From contig NC_135813.1 of NCBI RefSeq assembly GCF_964213995.1, positions 20,646,001-20,710,000 on the forward strand: a DNA stretch of 64,000 nucleotides. The letters run 5' to 3'. Made by a program: the position numbers and the translations under genes. The notes beneath the pieces were generated by a model. That model was not told where the DNA came from. It did not search any database and saw nothing but the letters and a program-made list of their open reading frames with translations. Positions 1 to 13,190 of this stretch are shown one piece after another (the stretch's first letter is position 1; every line of letters starts with the position of its first letter). The stretch comes from Mustelus asterias (Eukaryota).

Positions 1-155
1 TTAGCACATTGCTGTCAGGGATGAGACGCGGTGCTTGGAATGATTGTAGCTGAAGTGCAGCCCAAACGGAGAGGTTAACCTGGAAAACCGAAATTTCTTG
101 GTCCGGAGCTGCAGTAGCAGATCTGTTCAATTCGGAAATTTAGAGGCTAGGAATA

Positions 156-725
156 TTGCGGCTAGGAATATTGCGGCAAGTAACTCACCTCCTGACTCCC
201 CAAAGCCTGTCCACCATCTACAAGGCACAAGTCAGGAGTATGATGGAATACTCCCCACTTGCCTGGATGGATGCAGCTTCAACAACACTCAAGAAGCTTG
301 ACACTGTCCAGGACAAAGCAGTCTGCTTGATTGGCGCCACATCCACTCCCTCCATCACCGATGCTCGGTACACACTGCTGCTACTATCTACAAGATGCAC
401 TGCAGTAATTCATCAAAGATCCTTAGGCAGCACCTTCCAAACCCACGACCATTTCCATCTAGAAGGACAAGGGCGACAGATGCATGTGAACACCACCATC
501 TGCAAGTTCCTCCCCAAGGCACTCGCCGTCCTGACTTGGAAATATATCGCCGTTCCTTCGCAGTTGCTGGGTCAAAATCCTGGAATTCCCTCCCTAATGG
601 CACTGTGGGTCAACACACAGCATGTAGAAGGCAGCTCACCACCACCTTCTCGAGGGCAACCAGGGATGGACAATAAATGTTGGCCAGCCAGCAACGCCCA
701 TGTCCCACGAATGAATAAAAATAAA
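156..725 (+). mobile_element. 3' fragment of a CR1/L2-group LINE
   Basis: Degenerate post-RT motif IYKAQVRSMMEYSPLAW...LDTVQDKA and 3' tail ending aataaaataaa; related copies near 5220-5810 (-), 11510-11780 (+), 22850-23350 (-) and 34720-35490 (+). Confidence 0.8.
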
Positions 726-2141
726 TGTTCACTGATTTAATCTGCCAGTTTTGAGGTGATTTGTTTTTTTTCTTAATGAGGATTAACTCTTTTTAAAATT
801 TTCAATACTTGTATTGCACGAAGCTGCCCGCCCTCTTTGCCACCCCCCCCCCTCTCTTTGCCATCTTCCCCGCATCCCCATCTGCTGTATACAAGTACCG
901 CAATTTGCTGTACAGTACCGTAATTGCACAAACCAATGCTGCCCTTGCATTGCTGGAACCCAGCTAATTGACTGCCGTTACTTTCATTGTTTGCGATTTT
1001 GTTAGTGAAGTTTTGTGGGAATGTAAGCCCTGTGAACAATGGGACTTTACTGTATATGGTTAACCGGGACACTATTAGATGATATCTACAAATGACATAT
1101 CACCTCTTAGCAAGCACATTACCCTGCTTCAATGTGTTGGCTGACCCCAATGCCAGCATTGTTGTAGCTGAAGACTCATTGATCCTTCAAGAAGATATAT
1201 GCATAATTTTCTGTCCCCTTGGAAGAGAGGAAATCAATGAAAGTGAGAAAGTATTTCCTTTCCTTGAAGGCTGTTGGGCATCAATAAGTAACACAGGCTG
1301 CAGCATTCACCTGGCATATCTTTTATTTTATGAAGTGCATGTTGTAATACATTCCTGTTATGAGTCCCAGTAGTCACAGCCCAGTCTTTATCTAGAATCT
1401 GGTAGATTTATCCTCTGTCCAGTCCTTTCTCCACCATTCACAATATGGGCAGCAGCCAGGATGGCCTCTTATCCATGGCAGATTTCTCTAAAACTAAATG
1501 GGCCGGTTCAAGGGGAGCAGTGTGAAATGCTGCTGCCTGAAGGTAAGTGGAAAAAAATCCACATTCTTACACGTGACATGAAAAACATTGGATGCAGAGA
1601 CTTTGATTATGGGTCAGTTGCTGTTTGGTGAGTTTTTAAAACGTGGCAGTTTTAATATTTTTTCCTAACCATTTCTAGCTCCTTATTTTACCAGAAGGAG
1701 TTTAACTAATGAATATGATTCAATAGCTTTGTCATCCAGTTACACTTTGGCCATCCTTCATATGTGAGCATAGACTTCTCACGGCAGCTGCTGGATTGTG
1801 ATCAGGAACACTGGCAGATTCCTTTACCTACCAATGTTGCAGCTAGTTCTGTCATCTCCAACTGAGATTAGCTAGCATAGGAAAGGCTGGGACTGCATTA
1901 TTATTTTTCATTTGGAAAATAAATACCTGGAGCTCACTTTTTTTTAATGGAATTAGATTTGGAATAATTTGCTGTTGTGATCCCTTTTTCCTCCAGTAAG
2001 GAAGTATTTATTCAGCGTTTTTTCAAATATTTATTGGCTTCTTTCTGCTTTTATTAAATCCTGCATTGTGTATCCAGGCCATCAGGATACATAACTTTGT
2101 TTCTGTGAGCCATTAAAGAAATGTAAATTCCTCCTCTTCAG

Positions 2142-2300
2142 GAGAAAGATCTAGAAGCAGAGGTGACGACCCTCAATGGACAGTTACATCCGTCAGAAAA
2201 TGAGGAGAAAGGACAGAATGGAGATGTGACAATTGCGGATGCCTTACAACTTCAGCATGACAACCAAGATTTGGAGCAGCAGTTGATGGAGAAAAACAAG
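2142..2300 (+). CDS. GOLGA1: GOLGA1 coding exon (EKDLEAE...[10 protein letters not shown])
   Basis: ctcttcag|GAG ... AAG|gttaac; 159 nt, open frame. Confidence 0.9.
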
Positions 2301-5300
2301 GTTAACATCACATGATTTTGTAAACCTCCTCACTTTGTGACAACCTCTCCAGGAGGCTCGCATGCAGAGGATTACTTGTGTTTTTTTTTTAAATGTTGGA
2401 ACGGTTTATCTTACAAATTTTATTCTTGGCATAAGCCAGTTAATAGACACATTTTTCTATCTACAATCTACTTCTTCAGCTACTACAGTTTGTAGGTTTC
2501 ATTATGACCAATAGGAACTTAGGAGCAAGAGTAGGCCATTTGGTCCTTGGTGCCGACTCCATCATCCAGTAAGATCATGGCTGGGTTGTGGTCCCACTCT
2601 ACTTTCCTGTATGTCCCTTCTGCATGACCCTTATCTAACTCCGCCTTCAATAAATTCATTGACCCAGCCTCCACTGCTTTCTAAGGAAGAGAATTCCACA
2701 TACTAATGAGCGTGAGCGAAAAAGATTCTCCTCACCTCTGCCTTAAAGGGTGGTCATTATTTTTAGAAATATATTTTTATTGATGATTTCTCCCATTTTT
2801 ACAAACAATGTAACAAGCTATTAAGGATTGGTACAGCAAAATCATTTTTCCACATATACGTACAGAAAGAGATGAGAACATCAACGCATTTGGTTCAGAT
2901 TATTCATTACAAACACCACCTCCAAAGATACAAACAATGAAAGGATGTTTTGGAGATTGGAGGAAAGTAGGATAACAAGATGAAGCCATGAGTTTAAGAA
3001 AAGAGGGAAGTAGAAAATGGGAAATTATAGGCCAGTTAGCCTGACCTCGGTCGTGGTAAAATCTAGGAGTCCATTATTAAGAATGAAATTGTGGAGTACT
3101 TGGAAATGCATGGTAAAATAGGGCTGAGTCAGCATGGCTTTGTCAAAGGGAGGTCATGTCTGACAAATCTGTTAGAATTCTTTGAGGAGGTAACGAAGAA
3201 ATTAGACAAAGGAACGCCAGTGGATATGATTTATTTGGATTTCCAGAAAGCCTTTGACAAGATGCCTTACAGGAGGCTGCTAAATAAGCTAAGAGCCAAT
3301 GGTGTTAGAGGCAAAGTACTGGATAGAAGATTGGCTGATGGACAGAAGGCAGAGAATGGGGATAAGGGGGTCCTTTTCAGGATGGCAACTAGTGACTAGT
3401 GGTGTTCCACAGGGATCACAAGTTGGGACCACAACTTTTCACTATATACATTAATGATCTGGAAGATGGAACTGAGGGTATGGTTGCTAAATTTGCAGAT
3501 GATACAAAGATATGTAGAGGCACAGGTAATGTTGAGGAAGTGGGGAGACTGCAGAATGACTTGGACAAGCTGGGAGAGTGGACAAAGAAGTGGCAGACGG
3601 AATACAATGTGGGAAAGTGTGAGGTTATGCACTTGATAGGAAGAATAGAGGCATAGACTATTTTCTCAATGGGGATAGGCTTCGGAAATCTGAACCACAA
3701 AGTCCTGGTTCAGGACTCTCTTAAGGTTAACATGCAGGTTCAGTTGGCAGTTAGGAAGGCAAATTCAACGTTAGCATTCATTTCTAGAGGGCTAGAATAC
3801 AAAAGCAGGGATGTACTGCTGAGGCTGTATAAGGCTCTGGTCTGACCCCATTTGGAATATTGTGAGCAGTTTTGGGTCCCATACCTAAGGAAGGATGCGC
3901 TGGCCTTGGAGGGGGTCCAGAGGAGGTTCACAAGAATGATCCCAGGAATGAAGGGCTTGTCCAATGAGGAGCGGTTGAGGAGTCTGGATCTATACTCGAT
4001 GGAGTTTAAAAGGATAACGGGGAATCTAATTGAAACTTACAGCTGAGAGGCCTAGATAGTGTGGACGTGGAATGTTTCCACTAGCGGGAGAGACTAGAAC
4101 TCGAGGGCACAACCCCTGAGTGAAGGAATGCTCCCTTAAAACTGAGATGAGGAGGAATTTCTTCAGACAGAGGGTGGTGAATCTGTAGAACTCATTGCTA
4201 CAGAGGGCTGTGGAGGCCAGGTCATTGAATGTATTTAAGACAGAGATAGATAGGTTCTTGATCAATAAGGGGATCAAGGGTTATGGGGAGAAGGCAGGAG
4301 AATGTGGATGAGAATCATCAGCCATGATTGAATGGCGGAGCAGACTCGATGGGCCATATGGCCTAATTCTGCTCCTATATCTTATGGTCTTATAATGGTG
4401 CACGCTCTCGCACACTGGAGATAGAGCAAGGATTTTCAAAACGGCTATTGCCATTGCACATTGAACCTTAGAGAATGTAGGATATTGACACAGGTATAGA
4501 AATGGCTGATCAGCCAAAGGTTCTTGCACCACATTTAGGTTCGCACCAAAGTGTCAAAACTTAGTATATGCCACCCTTATAAATACAAGGAATATAAGAA
4601 GAAAAAACTGATAAATATCACAAAGACCTAGTGCCATGCAACCTAACTGGTGTATCCCCAACACTCTCAAGCTCTTTAAGGATATTAAACCACTAGGTTT
4701 CAATTTTGATGCAGGATCAGAAGAAATGCAGGTAGTCCCCAATGCCACCTTGCATCCCTGGCATAACGAGGATATAGTAGGATCAAATCTGTATCTTAAG
4801 CCTGGAGTAATTAAAGGAACATGAGGGATGCATTCCATTATAAACAAATGAATGTCCCTAGTTTTCAAAGTACAACAGGCAAAACAGATAACAGGCCTCA
4901 GTGCTAATATACTAGATCACCTCTGTCAACATGATTGATAAATGCCACAAAATCAAAACGTCCTATATCATGTTGATTTAAATCCAGTAAGTTTTGAATG
5001 GTGATGACCTTTGACTATAATCATTCATCAAAATATTGAGTTGAAAGATGGGAATATATTACAGAGCAGGATATTGTGCTTTGAAAGCTTTGGTTTCTAA
5101 ACAAATACCAATCTGCCTGATAACTCTTGATACCATTGAATAAATGTCACCTAATATGCTCCTATTTTCCATGCAAAAACATAGTCAAATCTTTTCCCTT
5201 TGGAAAGTCTCCGTGTGCTAACGGCCTCTGTCATCCATCAGTAAATTTGAACAGGGTGCCGCGATTGTTTGGAAAAGCTAAGGCATATGAGTAGACCTGA

Positions 5301-8300
5301 TGGAACAATGATATAGTTCCAAATCGGGATGGCGCATGGCTTGGAGGCAAACTTGGTTGTGGTGGTGTTCGCATGCATTTGCTGCCCTTGCGACTTCTAC
5401 CACCTAGAATTACAAATTTAACAGGTGCTATGATTGAAGACCCCCACCCAGAGCACATTCTCAGTACTTCCAAGTAGTGTTCAACTTGAAGGAGGGTTGA
5501 TTCCTCAGTTGAGGGGGCGAAAGTTGGTGGCAATCAGCAGGAGGTTTGTGTATTTGACCTGATGTCATCAGACTTCAATGGGGTCTGGAGTCAATGCTGA
5601 AGATTCTCAGGGTCACTCCCTCCCAACTGTAGACCATTGTACCACCACCTCTGTTCAGTGTGCCCTGCCCATGCGACCAGGCATACTCCAGGATGGTGAT
5701 GGAAGCACTTAGGACATTGGTTGTAAGAATAGATTCAATGGGTATAATTGTCAGGCTATTGCTTGATTAGTTTGTGGGATAGCACTCCCAATTTTGGCAC
5801 AAGTCTCCACATTTGATTTGATTTATTATTGTCACATGTATTAAAATACAGCGAAAAATATTGTTTCTTGTGCGCTATACAGACAAAGCATACCGTAGAG
5901 AAGGAAAGGAGAGTGTAGAATGTAGTATTACAGTCATAGCTAGGGTGTAGAGAAAGATCAACTTAATAAGAGGTTCAAAAGTCTCATGGCAGCAGGGACA
6001 AAGCTGTTCTTGAGTCGATTGGTACATGTCCTCAGACTTTTGCATCTTTTTCTCGACGGAAGAAATGGAAGAGAGTATGTCCGGGTTGCGTGGGGTCCTT
6101 GATTATGCTGGCTGCTTTTCCAAGGCAGCAGGAAGTGTAGACCGAGTCAATGGATGGGAGACGGTTTGCATGATGGACTGGGCTTAATTCACGACCCTTT
6201 GTCATTACTTGCGGTCTTGGACAAAGCAGGAGCCGTACGAAGATTTGATACAACCAGAAAGAATACTTTCTATGGTGCATCTGTAAAAGTTGGTGAGGGT
6301 CGTCGTGGACACACCAAGTTTCCTTAGCCTCCTGAGGAAGTAGAGGTGTTGGTGGGCTTTCTTAACTATAGCATCGGCGTTGAAGGAACAAGACAGGTTG
6401 TTGGTGATCTGGACACCTAGAAACTTGAAGCTCTTGACCATGTTAAGAAGATTAATTTGTAGGGTCAACCAAACTGGGTGTGCCTTTGTTATTTCAGATG
6501 CGTAGGTCGATACAGGGTAGTCTGTCTGGTTTTATTCTTATTTAACTTTTCTGTAGCATACTTATGAATTAAAAGCAAAAATAGACCGCTTGGCCCCTCA
6601 AGCCTGCTCCACCATTCAATAATATCATGGCTAATCTGATTTAACTTCAAACCCACATTCCTGCCTAGCCCCGAACTTTTACCCCTTTGATAATCAAGAA
6701 TCTAACTGTGCCTTAAAAACATTCAAAGACTTTGCTTGCACTGAGAAATGAGTTCCAAAAGTGTATGCCCCTCAGAGAAAAAAATTCTCCTCATCTTGGT
6801 CTTAAATGAGTGACCTCATCTTTTTTTTTAAGCCCTAGTTCTAGATTTTACCACAAGAGGAAACATCCTCTCTATATCCACCCTATCAAGATGCCTCAGG
6901 ATCTTAAAAGTTTCAATCAAGCCACCTCTTACTGTTCCAAACTCTAGTGAATACAAGCCTAACCTCTAGTGAATATAAGCAACCGGCCCAATTTTAGTAC
7001 TAATCTAATAAACCTTCTCTCAACTACTAATGCATTTACCATCCATCTTAGTACTCCAGATGTGGTATCACCAGTGCCCTGTACAACTGAATTATAACCT
7101 CCCTGATTTTGAAATCAATTCCCATCAAACATTCTTTAAGTTTATTTATTGGTGTCACAAGTAGACTTGCATTAACACTGCAGTAAAGTTACTGTGAAAA
7201 TCCCCTAGTCGCCACACTCCAGCACATGTTCAAGTACACAGAGGGAGAATTTAGCACAGCCAATGCATCTTACCAGCACATCTTTTGGACTGTGGGAGGA
7301 AACAGAAACACCCAGAAAAAACACAAGAACGTGCAGACTCCGCACAGACAGTGACCCAAGCTGGGAATTGAACCCAAGTCCCTGGCGCTTGAGGCAGCAG
7401 TGCTAACCACTGTGCCACCATGCTGCCCATTCTGTCAGCTTTCCTAATTACCTGCATATTAGCCTTTTGTGATTCATGCATTAGGATACCCTGATCACTC
7501 TCGAGCTCTCCAATCTTTCACCATTTAGATAAGTTTTTATTTTTCCTGCCAAAATGAACCTTTTCCCATTTCCTTCATTGGCCAGATCTTTGCCCACTCA
7601 TTTAACCTATCCATGTCTCTTTGCCTCCTTTTGTTCTCTTCACATTTACTTTCCTACCTATCTTTGTGTCGTCAGCAAATTTCACAACCATACATTTGGT
7701 CTCTTTATCCAAGTCGTTTACATAAAGTGTAAAACATTGAGACCCAAGGACTGATCCCTGTGGCACACCACTCGTTACATCCTGCCAACGAGAAAAAGAC
7801 CTATTTATGCCAACTTTCCTGTTAGCTAATCAATCTTCTATCCATGCCAATATGTTCCTCCTGTACCATGAGCTCTAATTTTCCGCAATAATCTTTGATG
7901 TGGCACTTTATCAAATGCCTTCTGGAGGTCAAAGTTCAGTAAATCCACCGGTTCCCCTTTGTCCTCAAAACAGGTGACTTCAAAGAATTCCAATAAATTG
8001 GTTAAATATTATTTTCCTCACGAAAACCATGTTGACTTTGCCTGATTGCCTTGAATTTTTCCAAGTGCCAAGCTATAACATTTTTCATAATAGCTTTTAG
8101 CATTTTCCTTCTGACAGATGTTAGGCTCACTGGCCTGTAGTTTGGTTCCCTTCCATTTTTATTAAAGGAGCAAAGGTTTGGTATAGCCGAGTGGCTTGCT
8201 AGGCTGTTTGAAACCAGTTAAGATCCAACCACACTATGGGTTGGAAATTGCATATACCAAACTGCATAAAGGTGGCAGATTTCCTCCCTTAAAGGGCATT

Positions 8301-11300
8301 AGTGAACCAGATTGCTTTTTACAATAATCATGGTGCCCACATTCACTTTTAATTCCAGATTTATTACTTGAATTTAAATCCCACCAACTTCCAATGAGCA
8401 ATTTGAACTTTGTCTCTGAATCATTGCTAGCCCTGTAATGTCTCTATTATGTTACTCATCCCAGGAGATGCTATGTAATTCTATGTCTCTGAGAGTAGCT
8501 GAGGAATATTTGCCCTGACTACTACTACTCTGGGGAGTGCTTGAGCAGAACTTACCAGCTTTGCTGTTACTTAAATAACCTTCCTATGATGAGACATATA
8601 CTCATTCTTTTTGTTTATTGTACAGCAGTTTATTTCAGTGCCTTAGTGCTAGATGAGCCTCTCATAAGCAAGGATAATTGTGCTGAGAGACTCTGTCTAG
8701 TTGGAGGAAATTATGTTGGCAATGTTTCTGAGGCCAGGCTAATTCCTTTTGTGTGGTAAAGACAGGGTGGGACTTTCGGAGAAGGGTTTGGTGATGGGAG
8801 CAGAAAATATCGCAAGAAGGCCAAAATTGCATTTTTCTTCATCATAAATGCAAATATCCCATTCCCTGCCCCCAACTCCTTTGAACATTGAGAACATCAT
8901 ATAAATATATTAACATATAATTATCAGGCCCCTACGCCTGAATCATTCTGCCCCCTCTCCCCAGAAAATGTATCCACATTAACATGATGTCAGAACAGCA
9001 TCAAACCCGACTGAGTCCCCCAAAGCGTGCACCTTGGCCAGACTTATTAGTTTCCTACCCCTTCACCAGGATACATTAAATCTGTTTCTTCTCACATTCT
9101 CTGAGCTCATGAACTCTCAACCTACTTCAGTCAGATCCAACAAATTTAAAATGTATGCTAATGATTTCATGGAATCATTTCCTTGGCATTTTATTGTTTT
9201 AGAATTTTAAATCAAAATTATTTTATCAAATGATTTAAGTGATCATCACTGCAGATTTTATCTTTTATATTATATATTTCCTTCCTCAGACTATCAAACA
9301 ACTACTACAGAGGCTAACAGAACTGAAAAAGACACTACAGAAAGAACTGGTAAAGATTTTGCATTAAATTACATTTTTTGAAACAAATTAATTAGGATTG
9401 TTTTCTTTTCAATAGATTACACCAGAAAATGGGTCAGAAATAGACACACGTTTTGCACATGCACCATCCTAAACTGGTTGGCTGATGCCTGCAGCTTAAC
9501 AACTTAACCTGATACTGAAATAACATTTGTCTGGAGAATTGTTCCCAGAATACATTCCTAATATTTTTCATGACCTAGTTTTAATTCAAGAAAGGCCACT
9601 AATTAATAGAGCTCATCCTTTTGTTTGACAACCATAATTTAGTCTCTGCAGGTCAGGCAGCATCTGTAGAGAGAAACATTTCGGGTCAATTAAATTTCCG
9701 GCAAATGAAATGGTAACTCCTCTGCACAGATGCTGCATTTTCTGTTTTATTTCATATTTCCAGCATCCACAGATTTTGGCTTTTGTATTTGCCATTGTAA
9801 TTTGTTGTGTTTTTTTTTAGTTTTAGTTTCTTTCATGGAAAGTCCAAATAATGGTAATCATAGAATCCCTACAGTGCAGACGGAGGTCATTCGGCCATCG
9901 AGGTCTGCACCATCCACAATCCCACCCAGGCCCTATTCCTGTAACCCCACTTGTTTACCCTGCTAGTCCCCCGACACTAGGGTCAATTTAGCATGGCCAA
10001 TCGACCTAACCCACACATCTTTGGCTGTGGGAGGAAACTGGAACACCCGGAGGAAACCCACGCAGACACGGGGAGGACGTGCAAACTCCACACACACACT
10101 GACCTGAGGCGGGAATTGAACCCGGGTCCCTGGCACTGTGAGGCAGCAGTGCTAACCACTGTGCTGCCGTGCCGTAATGTTTACCTGTTTTAAACTGTTT
10201 ACTAAATCTAATGAATTTGAACTTGCTTTGTTTTCATTTTTCACCTGTTCATGCAATCGAAGGATTTTTTTAAAAAGTGAAATGAATTTTGTGCTTTAAT
10301 GTTTGAAATGCATTAATGGGCATCAGCTCCAGCATACTGTGTTGTAAACTTATTTGAGAGTTTCTATAAAATAATTGTATTTGTTTAAGCAACAAGCTAC
10401 TTTGTTCCCACTCTTCATTTGACAAGCTGGGCGGTGACTGCTGTGCTTTAGTAAGCTGTGCAGTTTTAGTTGGTTAAGCTTCAGCAGTAGCCTTGTACAC
10501 ACACGAGGGTCTTTCCGCATTTGTTCTTAACATGCCTACGCTCTTCGGATTTTAATAAACAGGAAATATTCCTATCAGGCAAACAGAAATTCTATATGCA
10601 TAGATTTCTCAGTAACTCGAATTGAAAACCCATAAACACAGTAATGGGTTTCTGCACATGACATTCCAAACACAGAAAATAGCAATATTGGCAGCTCAAA
10701 ATTCTTTGTTTTTTGTAAAGAAATATGGTGTTAGAATTGATGCATATTAAATCTTTTCAATTAAAGAAAATGAAGCCAGAATTGGAGACTGCCGAAGTCC
10801 GGGAGAAATCTTTCTTTGAGCTACCAGCCAGCATCAATAATTCCACCACAGTTGTAAACAATTCAGACCTTAATGACTCCAGGGAGATAAATTTTGAATA
10901 TCTTAAACACGTTCTCCTCAAATTCATGTCTGTGCGAGAATCTGAGGTGAGTTATGAGAAAGCCTTTATTTATGTTTTGTGTGTTAAAATGCAGATCTGT
11001 TAATATTTAAAATGATGAAGCAGCCTGTAGAATACAGATATATGATTCTACACTACCTGTGATATAGGCTGGGAATCAGAAGTGGAATGTATGGAAAATG
11101 ATAAGGCCAGCTGGTACTTCAAGCTAGCCCTATCCTGAAATGCTGCAACCTACATACACTAGCAGCCTCATCACATTACCCTCCCCAATAGTCATACAAC
11201 TTTCTGGGAGAGACAAAGAAAAATCTTACAGCTAATTAAAGTAAGACCCTAACTTAAAGTAAGGCCCTTATTAGTTCACCATCTCCAATGATTTGAACAA

Positions 11301-13190
11301 CTCCTTTTTAAGAGTTTTGCATTGATTCCACATCCAGCACTAGCCTATTCTAGAGATCAATGTTTTTGGGAAGTTAAGTACTTCCTAACATCTATCCAAT
11401 GCTTTTGTAAGCCATACCAATTCTCCCAATTCTTTCCAATCTCTCTACCTCAATGTAACCCTGTCATTATTTTATAGATTTTTTATATTCTCCTTTTGAT
11501 TGCACCTTCCAAACCTGTGACCTCTACCACCTAGAAAAATAAGGGCAGCAGATGCATGGGGACACCACCATCCTGACTTGGATTTATATCACCGTTCCTT
11601 TAGATCAAGATCATGGAACTCCTCCCCTAAAAGCACTGTTGCTGTACCTATATCACATGGACTGCAGTGGTTCAAGAAGGCAGCTCACTACAACTTTCAT
11701 GAGGGCATTAGGAAGGGTAATATGTGCTAGCCTAGCGAGCAACACCCACATCCCTCTAACCAATAAATGGGAAAAAAAGACCTCAATCATGTCTCCTCAA
11801 AGTCTGCATTTATTGAAAATAAAAAGAACCATATCTCCTGAAGCATCTGCTGATAGTTATGGCTGTTAACATGGATATCCATCAGCTGATCCTTCCTTGT
11901 ACAAGGGAAGTGCCTATCACTTGTGTGGAAAAACCTGGACACAACTGCGATCAACTGAAGGCCTTGTACAAGGAAAAGATTGTGTGGAGTGGCAAATATG
12001 CTTGACATTGACGCAAAGTCATCATTTGCACAGCAGCATTCGGGAAATGCAGTAAAGTACTTGCTGTTTTTCCTATCAGTAGTTTAATCCCGAGTGAGAC
12101 CTAGACACAGGTGGTCTGATTTTACCAGCAGGGCCTTTAACTGCAGTTATAGACATATAGAAATATAGGAGCCGGAGGAGGCCATTTGGCCCTTCGAGCC
12201 TGCTCTTCCATTCATCACGATCATGGCTGATCGTCTAACTCAATAGCCTAATCCTCCTTTCTCCCCATAACCTTTGATCCCACTCGTCCCAAGTGCTATA
12301 GAAACATAGAAGATAGGAGCAGGAGGAGGCCATGTAAAACTTAAAAACATAAAGCTTGAGAAGCACGCAGGTGACTTGCAGTACTGCCTTTCAAAATATT
12401 ATTGGAAAAGAGCTTGCCTTTCCCCTAATTTTTCAATTTAGAAAACTGCCTTTTGCGTCAATCATGGCCTCAAAAATATCCAGGCCCCAAATTCCAATTG
12501 ACTTCCACCTGTAGAAGCAAAGGTTAGGCTGTTTTCTGGTGACCAGCTTCAATAATGTAAAGAAGTTGCTGCCTAGGATCAGGAAGCCAGGTGCCAAATG
12601 GCAAGTAACTTTTAATCTGCACATTGGAATACAATTTTCAGTAAAATAATGATGAGGCCTTGGTAGGACTGTATTCTGGAACACTTCTTTAATTTTAACT
12701 TGAGACATTTAGAGAAGGTTTTCGTTAAAACTCCGTTTTCAGTTGTAAAATACTGAAACTACATTCAGAATTATTTGTGAATTATAGGAATCTTTTGGTG
12801 TATTTCCTTGTTAATTCATGAGTAGTATTTTTCTTGTAGAAACTTGCTTGAAAGTTTCAAATGGTCTATTGAATGGGAGAGAATATCAGATTGCATTGTG
12901 TTTTGTTACAGGCCTATCAGCTGGTAAAAGCAGTATCCATGCTACTTAACTTTACACGTGAAGAAGAGAACTTGCTAAAGGAATCCTTAGAATATAAGGT
13001 AGGGCATCATCTGTTCCTACTCACTTTACTGAGTCTTACCTGCATCCATTTTTTTTTAATGAGTGCTGTTGAGTGGTTGCCTAATATTATTATTTTTATA
13101 TTGTAGATGTCTTGGTTTGGGTCAAAACCTACTCCTAAAGGTACTATACGTCCATCAATAACCAGTCGACCTCCCCCTCATTGGCAGTGA
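2142..13190 (+). CDS. GOLGA1: Golgin-97 (golgin subfamily A member 1), C-terminal part with GRIP domain; join(2142..2300,9290..9349,10767..10946,12912..12998,13107..13190); 5' exons lie upstream of the window
   Basis: Five phase-0 exons with AG/GT boundaries splice in frame to ...[11 protein letters not shown]|[20 protein letters not shown]|KMKPE...[22 protein letters not shown]|[29 protein letters not shown]|[27 protein letters not shown]. This matches the golgin-97 GRIP domain and C-terminal tail; adjacency to ARPC5L/RPL35 fits known synteny. Confidence 0.96.
3005..4392 (+). mobile_element. 5'-truncated CR1 (HER1-like) LINE, RT region to 3' tail
   Basis: [39 protein letters not shown] and [14 protein letters not shown] in broken frames; tail ...cctatatcttatggtctta. 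Confidence 0.92.
5812..6440 (-). mobile_element. 3' fragment of a Rex1/Babar-like LINE
   Basis: [13 protein letters not shown]...[15 protein letters not shown]...[16 protein letters not shown]; tail (aaatc)n. Confidence 0.8.
6565..8150 (-). mobile_element. Degraded CR1 LINE interrupted by a SINE at about 7137-7428
   Basis: Reverse-complement similarity to the 3005-4392 element (tail, FADDTK and KAFDK regions). Confidence 0.75.
7137..7428 (-). mobile_element. tRNA-derived V-SINE (HE1-like), tail type B
   Basis: Head ggcagcatggtggcacagtggttagcactgctgcc, V-domain, tail ...ctacttgtgacaccaataaataaac. Confidence 0.85.
9290..9349 (+). CDS. GOLGA1: GOLGA1 coding exon ([20 protein letters not shown])
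   Basis: ttcctcag|ACT ... CTG|gtaaag; 60 nt. Confidence 0.93.
9857..10154 (-). mobile_element. V-SINE (HE1-like), tail type A
   Basis: tRNA-like head, V-domain, tail ...cactgtagggattctatga. Confidence 0.88.
10767..10946 (+). CDS. GOLGA1: GOLGA1 coding exon (start of GRIP domain, [14 protein letters not shown])
   Basis: ttaaag|AAA ATG ... GAG|gtgagt; 180 nt. Confidence 0.93.
12912..12998 (+). CDS. GOLGA1: GOLGA1 coding exon ([19 protein letters not shown]...)
   Basis: ttacag|GCC ... AAG|gtaggg; 87 nt. Confidence 0.94.
13107..13190 (+). CDS. GOLGA1: GOLGA1 terminal coding exon (MSWFGSKP...WQ*)
   Basis: ttgtag|ATG TCT TGG ... TGA, after a 108-nt intron; followed by an AT-rich 3' UTR with several AATAAA. 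Confidence 0.94.
   Translation: MSWFGSKPTPKGTIRPSITSRPPPHWQ

Noticed and set aside
1080-1550. Minus-strand peptide KYFLTFID...; strong donor GAAG|GTAAGT at 1543
   Set aside because: A single integrase-like motif with in-frame stops is insufficient; the donor cannot join the phase-0 GOLGA1 exon at 2142 without an upstream stop.
4540-5230. Possible L1/Tx1 3' ORF2 remnant (PNTLKLFK...PWHNEDI)
   Set aside because: The resemblance is too short and degenerate to assert without a profile search.
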